From assembly GCA_963823035.1 (NCBI GenBank), contig CAWGKG010000004.1, positions 192,001-256,000 of the forward strand: a stretch of 64,000 nt of DNA, read 5' to 3'. Made by a program: the position numbers and the translations under genes. Shown here one piece after another: positions 35,772 to 45,571 of this stretch. Numbering within the stretch: position 1 is the first letter of the stretch; the number at the start of each line of letters is the position of its first letter. Source of the stretch: an uncultured Gemmatimonadales bacterium. GTDB taxonomy: Bacteria; Gemmatimonadota; Gemmatimonadetes; Longimicrobiales; Gaopeijiaceae. The notes under the pieces are model-generated. The model was not told the origin of the DNA, did no database searches, and was given only the letters and a program-made list of their open reading frames with translations.

Positions 35772-36432
35772 TCAGGGGTACAGCCGCTGCGTCTCCCAGG
35801 CGTCGCCCTCGCGGCGGAAGAGCAGACGCTCGTGGAGGCGGTCGGCCTTGCCCTGCCAGAACTCGATGCGGGTCGGGCCGCAGGAGGTAGCCGCCCCAGA
35901 ACGGGGGGAGGGGCACGTCGTCGCCCGGGTACTTCTCCTCGAACTGCCCTCACCCGCGCCTCGAGCTCCTCGCGCGACGGCAGGGGCTCGCTCTGCCTGG
36001 ACGCCCACGCGCCGACGCGGCTGCCGCGGCCGCGGGTGGCGAAGTAGCGCGTCGCTCTCCTCCTCGCGAGACCCGCTCGACCGTGCCCTCGACGCGCACC
36101 TGGCGCTCGAGGACCCCCCAGTGGAAGCAGAGCGCGGCCTGCGGGTTGGCCTCCAGCTCGCGCCGCCTTGCGGCTCCCGTAGTTCGTGTAGAAGACGAAG
36201 CCGCGCTCGTCGACGCCCTTGAGCAGCACCATGCGCACCGAGGGCAGTCCCGTCGGGCGTCGCGGTGGCGAGCGCCATGGACTCGGGCAGGAGGATGCCC
36301 GACTCCCGGCGGCGTGGAACCACTCCTCGAAGAGCTCGATCGGGATCCCGGTCCGCCGTCGGCCTCGGGAATGCCCTGCACGACGCCCTTGCCGAGCGTG
36401 ACGATGGTGCGGATGGAGGACTTCAGCGACAT
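35772..36432 (-). CDS. pdxH: Pyridoxine/pyridoxamine 5'-phosphate oxidase (several frameshifts)
   Basis: [74 protein letters not shown]. Confidence 0.9.
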
Positions 36433-36552
36433 GCGTGCTCCTGCAAGGTGCCGATGGACGGACGGAAGATCGCCGGAGCGCCGGCCGCGGGGCAACGCGG
36501 CGGCCGCGTCGTCCTGCCCCTTGAACCGCTGGGGGGGATGTGCGATACGTTG

Positions 36553-36585
36553 ATGCGTGACCCCCTCCCCCCTGGGGGGGGCATC
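36553..36585. promoter_or_regulatory. Putative CsoR operator (C/G-tract inverted repeat)
   Basis: GATGC...CCCCCC-T-GGGGGGGG-CATC immediately upstream of csoR; C/G-tract operators are typical of CsoR/RcnR regulators. Confidence 0.55.
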
Positions 36586-36600
36586 AAGCGAGGAGGCGAG

Positions 36601-36879
36601 ATGGCCGACGAGCGGACCAGCGACATCGTGCGGCGCCTGAAGAGCGTGGAAGGCCACGTCCGCGGGATCGAGCGGATGGTGGAGGAGGGCGCGTACTGCG
36701 TGGACGTGGTGAACCAGATCCTGGCGGTGCAGCGGGCCCTCAAGAAGGTGAGCGGCCTGGTGCTGGACCGGCACCTGCACTCCTGCGTCACCCACGCCAT
36801 CCAGGGCGACGACGTCCAGGCGAAGGAGCGGGTCCTGGGCGAGCTCCTGGAGGTCTTCGAGGCCACGGGGAAGAGCTGA
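36601..36879 (+). CDS. csoR: Copper-sensing repressor CsoR
   Basis: RRLKSVEGHVRGIERMV...YCVDVVNQILAV...HLHSC (C-H-C ligands); GGAGG RBS. Confidence 0.92.
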   Translation: MADERTSDIVRRLKSVEGHVRGIERMVEEGAYCVDVVNQILAVQRALKKVSGLVLDRHLHSCVTHAIQGDDVQAKERVLGELLEVFEATGKS

Positions 36880-36937
36880 GCGGCGACGCGAGATCGCCGA
36901 CGAGACGACACCGAACATCGAGAAGAGGAAGCGACCC

Positions 36938-37146
36938 ATGACGACGAAGACCGTGACGGTGCCGAACATCAGCTGCGGCCACTGCGTGATGACCATCCAG
37001 CGCGAGGTGGGCGAGCTGGACGGCGTGAGCGACGTGAAGGCCGAGCAGGAGACGAAGCGCGTGACGATCTCCTGGGACCCGGACGCCACCGACTGGGTGG
37101 TGATCGAGGACACCATGAAGGAGATCAACTACCCGCCGGCGGCTGA
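36938..37146 (+). CDS. copZ: Copper chaperone (HMA domain)
   Basis: VPNISCGHCVMTI; TGA at 37144-37146 is one base out of frame as written. Confidence 0.8.
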
Positions 37147-37180
37147 GCGGCGGCGGGAATCGAGGGACGGGAGGCTGGCC

Positions 37181-39676
37181 ATGGCCGTCGAGCGCGAGCT
37201 GACGATCCCCGTCACGGGGATGACGTGCGCGAACTGCGCCGCCACCGTCGAGCGCACGCTGAAGAAGACCGAGGGCGTGCTCGACGCGTCGGTGAACTAC
37301 GCCTCGGAGCGCGCCACCGTGCGCTTCGATCCCACCGAGGTGCGGGAGGACCAGCTGGTGGAGCGGATCTCGGGCGCGGGCTACGGCGTGGCCACGCAGC
37401 GCATGGAGATCCCGATCACGGGGATGACGTGCGCGAACTGCGCCGCCACCATCGAGCGGACGCTGCAGTCGCGCGTGCCGGGCGTGGTGTCGGCGGCGGT
37501 GAACTTCGCCACCGAGAAGGCGGTGGTGGAGGTGGTGGCGGGCGCCGTCGGCTGGAAGGAGGTCGCCGCGGGCGATCGAGGCCGCGGGCTACGGCGTGGT
37601 GGACGCCGCGCCCGGGGAGATGGAGGACGCCGAGGCGGCGGCGCGCCGCGCCGAGATCGCCGACCAGACCCGGAAGTTCTGGACGGGCGTGGCGTTCGCC
37701 CTGCCGCTCTTCCTGCTGAGCATGGCCCGCGACTTCGGGCTGCTCGGCGCGTGGGCCCACGCGCCCTGGGTGAACTGGCTCATGTTCGCCCTGGCCACCC
37801 CCGTGCAGTTCTACGTGGGCTGGGACTACTACGTGGGCGGGTGGAAGTCGCTGCGGAACGGCTCGGCGAACATGGACGTGCTGGTCGCCATGGGCTCGTC
37901 GGTGGCGTACGTCTACTCGATCGTGGTGGCGGTGGCGCTCACGCTGGGCACCACCGCCGCTGGGCGAGCACGTCTACTTCGAGACGTCCGCGCTCATCAT
38001 CACGCTCATCAAGCTGGGCAAGCTCCTCGAGGTGCGGGCCAAGGGCGAGACGTCCGCGGCGATCAAGGAGCTCATGGGGCTGCGGCCCGGACACCGCGCG
38101 GGTGGTGCGCGACGGGGCCGAGGTCGACGTGCCCATCGAGCAGGTGGTGGTCGACGACGTGGTCCTCGTGCGGCCCGGGCGAGCGCATCCCCGTGGACGG
38201 CGTGGTCGTGCGAGGGCCGCTCCGCGGTCGACGAGAGCATGCTCACCGGCGAGAGCATGCCGGTGGAGAAGGGCCCGGGCGACGAGGTGGTGGGCGCCAC
38301 GATCAACAAGGAGGGCGCGCTCCGCTTCCGCGCCACCCGGGTGGGCGCCGACACCGCGCTGGCCCAGATCATCCGGCTGGTCCAGGAGGCGCAGGGAAGC
38401 AAGGCGCCGATCCAGCGCCTGGCCGACCGGGTCGCCGCCGTCTTCGTCCCGGCGGTCATCGCGCTCGCGGTGGCGACCTTCCTGATCTGGTGGCTGGCCG
38501 TGGGCGCGGGCTTCACGCCGGCCCTCATCCGCCTGGTGGCGGTGCTGGTCATCGCCTGCCCGTGCGCGCTCGGCCTGGCCACGCCCACCGCGATCATGGT
38601 GGGCACGGGGAAGGGCGCGAAGCTGGGCATCCTCTTCCGCAGCTCGGCGGCGCTCGAGCGCGCGCATCGGCTCGACGTCGTCGTCCTCGACAAGACGGGC
38701 ACCGTCACCCGCGGCGAGCCCGCGGTGCGGGAGGTCGTGGGCCGCCTCCCCGTGGCGGTGTCCGTGGACGGCGGCGGCGACGACGCGGAGCGCTGGCTCC
38801 TGCGGCTGGCCGCGTCCGCCGAGCGCCGCAGCGAGCACCCGCTGGCGGCGGCCGTGGTGCGCGAGGCGGAAGCGCGGGGCATCGCGCTCGCGTCGCCCGA
38901 TGCCTTCAGCGCCGTGCCGGGCGGGGCGTCGTCGCCTCCGTGGAGGATCGCGACGTGGTGATCGGCACGCGCCGGCTGCTCGAGGAGAAGGGCATCGCGA
39001 CCGACGCGCTCGAGGGGGACGCCGCACGCATCGAGGCCGCGGCCCGCACGCCCCTGTGGGTGGCGGTGGACGGCGAGGCCGTCGGGCTGTTCGCCGTCGC
39101 GGACGCCGTGAAGGAGGGCTCGAAGGAGGCGGTGGCCCAGCTGCGTCGCCAGGGCCTGCGCGTGGTCATGCTCACGGGCGACAACCGCACCACGGCCGAG
39201 GCGATCGCACGGGAGGTGGGCATCGCCGAGGTGCGCGCCGAGGTGCTCCCCGACCAGAAGGCGGACGTGGTCCGGGAGCTCGCCGGAGGACGGCTCGCTG
39301 GTGGCGATGGTGGGTGACGGCATCAACGACGCGCCCGGCGCTCGTGCAGGCCGACGTGGGCATCGCGATCGGCACGGGCACCGACGTGGCCATGGAGGCC
39401 GCCGACGTCACGCTCATGCGCGGCGACCTGCGCTCCGTGCCCCAGGCGCTGGCGCTCAGCCGGCGCGACCATGCGCACGATCAAGCAGAACCTCTTCTGG
39501 GCGTTCTTCTACAACGTCGTGCTCATCCCGGTCGCGGCGGGAGCGCTCTACCCGCTGACCGTCGCTGCCGATGATGCTCCGCCAGCTCCACCCGATCCTG
39601 GCGGCCCTCGCGATGGCGTTCAGCTCGGTGACGCGTGGTGGGCAACAGCCTGCGCCTGCGGCGCGTGCGTATCTGA
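37181..39676 (+). CDS. copA: Cu(I)-exporting P1B-1 ATPase (multiple frameshifts)
   Basis: Two GMTCANC domains, [34 protein letters not shown] and MAFSS; own GGGAGG RBS. Confidence 0.93.
37212..37450 (+). repeat. 35-nt identical direct repeat in the two CopA metal-binding domains
   Basis: TCACGGGGATGACGTGCGCGAACTGCGCCGCCACC at 37212-37246 and 37416-37450 (204 nt = 68 codons apart). Confidence 0.85.
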
Positions 39677-39686
39677 CCCGGGCTGC

Positions 39687-40116
39687 TCAGCCGGCCGCGA
39701 CCTGCGCGAGCGTGTTTCGCAGCCGCTGGGTGAGCATCCGGTAGATCCCCCGCGCCACCGACGGGTTCTGCTCGATGAGGCGATCGAAGGAGTCGCGGTC
39801 GATCTTGCAGCAGCGTGGTGGGCTCGGCCGCCGTCGCGGTGGCGGAGCGGGTCTCCTGGTCGAGGATCGCCATCTCTCCGAATCCCTCGCGTGGGCCGAG
39901 CAGCGCCAGCTCGTGGCTCGCGCGCATGATGCGGATGCCGCCGCGCACCACCATGTAGAAGGCGTCCCCCACCTCCCCCTGCTCGAAGACGACCTCGTCG
40001 GTCTCGAGGTGGACGACCTCCGCCAGCGAGGCGATGCCCGCGAGGTCGCTCCCGGGGAAATGGCGGAAGAGCTGGGAGCCCTTCAGGATCATGACGCACT
40101 CGATGAGGGGGATCAT
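39687..40116 (-). CDS. Cyclic nucleotide-binding domain (separate gene or C-terminal domain of the upstream protein)
   Basis: [43 protein letters not shown]; no HTH. Confidence 0.85.
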
Positions 40117-42706
40117 GCGGGGTTTCTCCGGGTGGCGGTCGGGGTTGCGGCCGGGAAGGCCGATCTCGGCGTCGCGGCCGAGTCCGTGCAGGGCGAGGGC
40201 CTTCGCCCACCAGTCGTCGTCGTCGAGCAGCCGCTCCAGCGGTCGGGCGTCCGTGCGGGCGGCGTCGGGCACGAGCGGCGCGACACGCTCCAGGGCGAAG
40301 CGCTCGGCCGCCGCTTCGGCGAAGGGCATCACCACGCGGCCGTGCTCCGCGGAGAGGATGCCCTCCAGCAGCTCCAGCGCGTTGCTGCGCGCGCCCGCGT
40401 CGTCCGCGGAGAGGCCGGAGCGCACGGCGTCCACGACCTCGGGGTCGTGGGACAGCACGAGGATGCGCAGCACGCGGGACAGCGATCGCCACGCGAGGCC
40501 GTGCAGCTCGGCGGCCAGGAATCCGTGGCGGACGTCGCCGTCGAGCTGGGCCGAGACCAGCGCGTAGCGAAGCCCGGTTCGCACTTCGCGCGCCAGGGCG
40601 GCGCGGAGCCGTGCCGGGACCACCGGATCGATGCGGGCATCCCGGCGCAGTCGCTGCAGCGACGTGAGCGCGGCGGGCCCGAGCGCGGGCTCGTCGATCA
40701 GCTCCACGAGGGCGTCGCGCGCGTCCTGGTGCGGCACCCCCGCGAGCGCCGTGACGATCCCGCGCCGCATCGGGAGCGGGAGCTCCCTGCGCAGCAGGAG
40801 TCCGCGCAGGGCGGGTACCGCGGGCGCACCCAGGGTGGAGAGCGCGCGTAGCGCGGCGGGGCGCACGGCGTCGTCGTGCACGGCTTCCGCCAGGTCGGGG
40901 AGAAGCTCCAGGCGCCGGAGGGCCCCGGCCGCCCGCGCACCCACCACGCGGTCCTGCGCGGGCCGCCCCGGGGCCAGGAGCGCACGCAGGTGAGCGCCGA
41001 CGTCGGGCCACCCGGACCGACCGAGCGCGACGGCGGCGGCCTCGCGCACGCGCGTCGTCCTCATCCTCCAGGAACGGCCCGACCAGGGTCGGCTCGGCTT
41101 GCCCCCACGCGCCGAACGTGGCCAGCTACGGAGGCCCGCACGAAGGCGGACGGCTCTGCGCGCAGCCGTGCGTGGAGCGCGTCGAGCGGGCGATCCTCCT
41201 CCTCCAGGTCCAGCCCTGCGAGCACCTGGGCCGCCTCCGCCCGAACCTCGGGCGTGCCGTGGTCGAGAAGGCCGAGCACGCGTGGCAGAGCCTCGTCGAC
41301 GGGTAGCTGCTCGAGCAGCGAGAGGGAGAAGACCACCACGGTGGGATCGGCGTCCGCGAGGCCCTGGTCGATGACGGTCATGGCGGCCCGATCCACCACG
41401 AGGGGGACGTGGGTGGGCGAGGTGAAGTCGACCGCGTGCCGGTTGAGCGCGTTCGTGAGCGCAGACAGGTAGAGCCCGCGGTGGCGGAGGAGGACGAAGA
41501 ACGCGGCCGCGGCGCATGCCGTGGCGATCACGAGCAGCACGGGGCCGTGCCCCAGCAGGAGGATGGCGAGCAGCCCCGCGACGCCCTTGGACAGCGGGCG
41601 CATGACCCCGCCCAGCGTGGCCAGCGCCGCGCTCTTCGCCGTCCCCGGGGAAGGGGAGGAGCGAGACCTGCTCCACCGGCTTCTGGATCGAGAACTGGAG
41701 GATGTCGTCCACGGCCTGCGCGGCGGCGAGCATCCACACGCCGCCGACGACCGCCGCGCCCCCGGCGGCGAGGGCCAGCACGCCGCCCTGCATCGCCCCC
41801 GCGAAGGAGACGCCGAGGCGGGGGAAGAGCCAGCGGGAGGCCACGAGCTGGAGGAGGAGCGTGCCCCCGCCGACCACGCTCGACATGATGCCCAGGACCG
41901 CCGTGATGCGGTCGCGGTCGAAGGAAGCCTGCAGGCCGAGCTTGAACTGCAGCTCGATCAGCGTTCCCGCGAGCGTGATTCCGACGAGGGAGACCGCCAT
42001 GAGCCGCAGGAGCGGCTCCGATCCGATCGTACGGAATCCCCGCGCGGCTCCCCGGACGAAGCCACGCACCGCGCCCTTTCCCACGTCGGCGGTCTCGTCG
42101 ACCGGCTTCCCGGGCTCGGGTACGGTCCAGAGGAGGGGGAGGGCCGCGGCGAGCAGCGCCGCGCCCACCAGGAGGAGGTTGGGCGTTCCGAGCGCGACGG
42201 CGAGCGCCGGAACCGACCCCCCGCCGACCATCGCGCCCACGCGAGGCGCCGAGGCCGAAGAGCGGCGCCAGACGCTTCATTTGTCGGCCTGTGAGAAGGT
42301 CTCCGACGAAGTCCCAGGCATGGGTCAAGCAAATCACCTGTACAGCCGACATTACCAGATAGACAGCCAGGGCCATGCGTGAATTCCACGCGAAGAGCCA
42401 GCGGGACAGGAGGACCGCAAAGACCAGGGAGGCGGTGAGCCACAAGGCCAGGCGTCGCCTTGCCGTCCCTGCGATCACCCCGGAAAAAGCCACTGTGACC
42501 ACCGCCGTGACCACGGCTGCGCCGATCACGACGTGGGGGATGTAGCGCCCGGGGTAGACCGACAGAAACAGACCGTTCTTGGAAGCCGACAGGATGGTCG
42601 ATGCCGCGGTGCACAGGAGGAGGTAGCTCCCGAGCACGAGGAGCGTGCGTCCCTCGCCCGGACGCAGGTGGAGCGCACGCGCTAGCGGATTGGACACCTG
42701 GGCCAT
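40113..42706 (-). CDS. NTT/TLC-like MFS transporter fused to HEAT repeats (frameshifted)
   Basis: LHLRPGEGR...SKNGLFLSVY...WDFVGDLLTGRQMKRLAPLFG, FSIQKP; followed by HEAT-like repeats (PEVRAEAA, VREAAAVALG) and RSNALELLE. Confidence 0.75.
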
Positions 42707-42716
42707 GGGGGGCGGG

Positions 42717-43484
42717 TCACAGTGTGACCTTGAGCAGTACCGAGAACTTCTGATCGTCGGGCCCAACGCCCGGCGGCGGCACGGAATCATGGAGGAATTC
42801 GTGCTCGATCGACAACGAAACGTCCTTCAAGACCTTCGTCGACACGGACGTCGTCATGGTCACGAGAAAGTTGGACGTACGGTCCCAGACCGGCTGATAG
42901 AAGGTCGTGTACTCGACCGTGGTGGTCTCGCTGAGGGTCTTCTCTCCCTTGGCCCGGATGCTCCATCGTGCGAGGCTCTCCGTCTCCGCGTGGTCGGATC
43001 CGGGATCCAGGAGGAAATTCTGGTAGTCCCAGATGAGGGCCGCGCTCAGCGACGCATCGCCACTCTCCCCGTCCCAGAACTGGTACTTCGCTCCGGCGCC
43101 GCCGTTCGACCTGAAGTCGAGCTTGCGGATCACGTCTCGCGAAGCGTCGATGAAGACGAAGGGGGACCAGGTGTCCTGCGGCCACAGGTCGAGCTTCATC
43201 GCGACCTTCTGGTCGTTGGCGATGACCTTCTCGTCGCTCATCCCGTAGCGAAGAAGCGTCGAGAACTCGAACTCGGCCACGTCCGTCCGCAGGTGCTTGG
43301 CGCGCGCTCCCGTGCGCAGGATGGAGAAGGAGCTGTTCCCACTCGACCCGTTGAAGCCCAGCTCGAGCTGGACGCTCCACGCCGCCGGCGGCTGCCGCTG
43401 GCCCGAACAGGGCACGGCGAGCACGAGCGCGAGCGTGAGCCAGAGTGTGAACGGGACGGCGCGGGAGGGATGGATTGGGGGCAT
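42717..43484 (-). CDS. DUF481 family outer-membrane beta-barrel protein
   Basis: Signal peptide; LGFNGSSGNS, DVIRKLDFRSNGGAGAKY, YQP, alternating beta pattern ending VLLKVTL. Confidence 0.75.
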   Translation of the reverse strand: MPPIHPSRAVPFTLWLTLALVLAVPCSGQRQPPAAWSVQLELGFNGSSGNSSFSILRTGARAKHLRTDVAEFEFSTLLRYGMSDEKVIANDQKVAMKLDLWPQDTWSPFVFIDASRDVIRKLDFRSNGGAGAKYQFWDGESGDASLSAALIWDYQNFLLDPGSDHAETESLARWSIRAKGEKTLSETTTVEYTTFYQPVWDRTSNFLVTMTTSVSTKVLKDVSLSIEHEFLHDSVPPPGVGPDDQKFSVLLKVTL

Positions 43485-43667
43485 GACGCGGAGGCGTGGA
43501 GTCGGGCGAGGAGTCGGGGGGCGCCGGAAGGTCTGCATGCGATGTCCCGAGGGCAAGGCAACGCCCGTCCATGGCTCGTAGCCGACGGTTTCGTCCCCGC
43601 TGGCCTCGCTACTATGTTGACGCACGTCGATCGGTCGTCCACACCTCTTCAGGCGAGGGGGTGAAAC

Positions 43668-44045
43668 ATGGCCGGACGCATCGACAGTGGATTCCCCGGC
43701 GGCCCGCGCCGCCATACGGAGCCCTCCCCGAGAGGTGACCGCCCGCCTCGGATCGAGCCGGTCGGAGAGTTGGAGCAACGGGTCTCACGGCGCAAGCTGG
43801 AGCGCACGCGGAAGCGTCGGACGCGGCGGATCGCGTTCGGGCTGTTCGCCGCCACGTTTCTGGCCGGTTCCGTGGGCGCCTACGTCGGATATGCCAGCCA
43901 CACCACGCCTCAGGAGGTCATGGAGGCTCAGGACGCCGCGAAGCGCCGGGACGACAAGATCTCGAGCGAGGTGAATCGCACCCTCCTCGAACTCTGGAAG
44001 ATGGAAGACGTGGAATCCCTCAGGAACATGGGGCGGACGCGCTGA
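43668..44045 (+). CDS. Hypothetical single-TM protein
   Basis: 125 aa, basic patch then IAFGLFAATFLAGSVGAYVGY TM; GAGGGGG RBS; TGATG overlap with the next gene. Confidence 0.65.
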   Translation: MAGRIDSGFPGGPRRHTEPSPRGDRPPRIEPVGELEQRVSRRKLERTRKRRTRRIAFGLFAATFLAGSVGAYVGYASHTTPQEVMEAQDAAKRRDDKISSEVNRTLLELWKMEDVESLRNMGRTR

Positions 44046-44503
44046 TGCAAGCTCGGACGGCAAACCGGATCGGGTGGAGGGACGCTCTCGCGCGGGCGCC
44101 GCGCAATGCCAAGATCCTCGTCGTCGATGACGAGGCATCGGTACGCGCCTCCCTCAAGGGGTTGGTCTCGCGCTTCGGCTACGCGGTCCGTGCTGCGGCC
44201 TCCGCGGAGGAGGCGGACCAGTGGCTCAGCGCGGAGCGATTCGACGTCTGCCTCCTCGACATCGAGCTCCCGAGAATGAAGGGAATCGAGTTCCTGGCGT
44301 GGGCCCTGCGGCGGGACCCGGAGATGGCGGTCATCATGCTGACCGGCCTCGACATCTCGGACATCGCGGTCGAGTGCATCGAGCAGGGCGCGCGCACCTA
44401 CTTGGTGAAGCCCATCGAGGCGGACTTCCTTCGGCTCGCGCTGCGTGACGCGCTGGCCATGCGCGCACTCCTGGTCGAGCGCAACGAGCTCTCGGCCACC
44501 TGA
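44045..44503 (+). CDS. Single-domain response regulator (NtrC-like receiver)
   Basis: KILVVDDE, LLDIELP, IMLTG, YLVKP. Confidence 0.88.
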   Translation: MQARTANRIGWRDALARAPRNAKILVVDDEASVRASLKGLVSRFGYAVRAAASAEEADQWLSAERFDVCLLDIELPRMKGIEFLAWALRRDPEMAVIMLTGLDISDIAVECIEQGARTYLVKPIEADFLRLALRDALAMRALLVERNELSAT

Positions 44504-44523
44504 TCCAGTTTTCGAGACGACCC

Positions 44524-44919
44524 ATGGCGACCATCCTCGTGATCGACGACGAGTCTGCGGTGAGGGACACGATGCGCCGTCTGCTCGAGCGCTACGGGCA
44601 CGAGGTACGCGAGGCGGCCAACGGTCGGGAGGCGCTGAAGGCGGCCCCCGACTACGACCTCGTGATCACCGACATCAACATGCCCGAGATGGACGGCATC
44701 GAGGTCATCATGGCGCTCACGGACCGCCGTCCCGGGTTGCCGGTCATCGCGATCTCGGGTGGCGGGAGGCTGCCGAAGGACCTCCTGCTCTCCAGCGCGG
44801 ACATGCTGGGGGCCGTCACAACGCTCCCCAAACCCTTCGACCTGTCCGAGCTCATCGAGGCCGTGGATCGCGCACTGGCCTCCGGCGGTTCCGAGGGCGA
44901 TTCTACCGCGGTCGACTGA
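44524..44919 (+). CDS. Single-domain response regulator
   Basis: ILVIDDE, ITDINMPEMDG, IAISGG, LPKPF. Confidence 0.9.
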   Translation: MATILVIDDESAVRDTMRRLLERYGHEVREAANGREALKAAPDYDLVITDINMPEMDGIEVIMALTDRRPGLPVIAISGGGRLPKDLLLSSADMLGAVTTLPKPFDLSELIEAVDRALASGGSEGDSTAVD

Positions 44920-44946
44920 TCCCCTGAGGGCGGTGGGCCCGCGCCG

Positions 44947-44962
44947 TGGCACCGCCGTTGCA
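44947..44962 (+). promoter_or_regulatory. Sigma54 (-24/-12) promoter
   Basis: TGGCACCGCCGTTGCA, full match to TGGCAC-N5-TTGCA. Confidence 0.7.
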
Positions 44963-44978
44963 CATCTGGAGGCCCCGT

Positions 44979-45548
44979 TTGTCAGGCACGACCCCCGAGG
45001 CCGGTTCGAAGGAGCGCACCCCGACAGAGGTCGGTCAGATCTCCGACGTCCAGGCGGTCATCGAGAGCGCCCGTGCCCGCGGTGGCATGGAGACGCTCGA
45101 GAAGTTCATCCGGCGGAGGCTGCCGGAGGCGGAGACATCGGAGGTACGCGAGGCGGCGGAGGTGGCCGCCGAGATCATCGACTCGATCCCGGTCTTCCTC
45201 GCCCGGGCCCGTCAGGAGGCCGACGAGCGGAAGCTCCAGTCCGTCGTCGGGCCGCTCCTGAACCACGCGGAGCAGTACTTCCTGCAGCCGATGGACCTCA
45301 TTCCGGAGATGACGCAGGGCCTCGCCGGCCTGCTGGACGACAGCTACCTCTTCATCCGGGTGCTGCAGCACCTCGACGAGGGCCCGGAGCGCTTCCTCGA
45401 CTGGGACCTGGAGTATCCGGCGCAGTTCCTGCGCAGCCTCGTGGGGGTGGACATCAGCCGGCGCCTGGACGCGATCGTCCTGGACGCGATGAACCAGGTC
45501 TCGCACCACCTCTCCGAACTCTGGTCGCGGATGGCGCACCCGGCCTGA
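44979..45548 (+). CDS. DUF1232/YkvA-like protein (start uncertain)
   Basis: YFLQPMDLIPE..GLAGLLDD resembles the DUF1232 YxxxPxDxIPDxxxxxGxxDD motif. Confidence 0.65.
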   Translation: MSGTTPEAGSKERTPTEVGQISDVQAVIESARARGGMETLEKFIRRRLPEAETSEVREAAEVAAEIIDSIPVFLARARQEADERKLQSVVGPLLNHAEQYFLQPMDLIPEMTQGLAGLLDDSYLFIRVLQHLDEGPERFLDWDLEYPAQFLRSLVGVDISRRLDAIVLDAMNQVSHHLSELWSRMAHPA

Positions 45549-45571
45549 CGACGGGTCACCTCACGGCTGTA

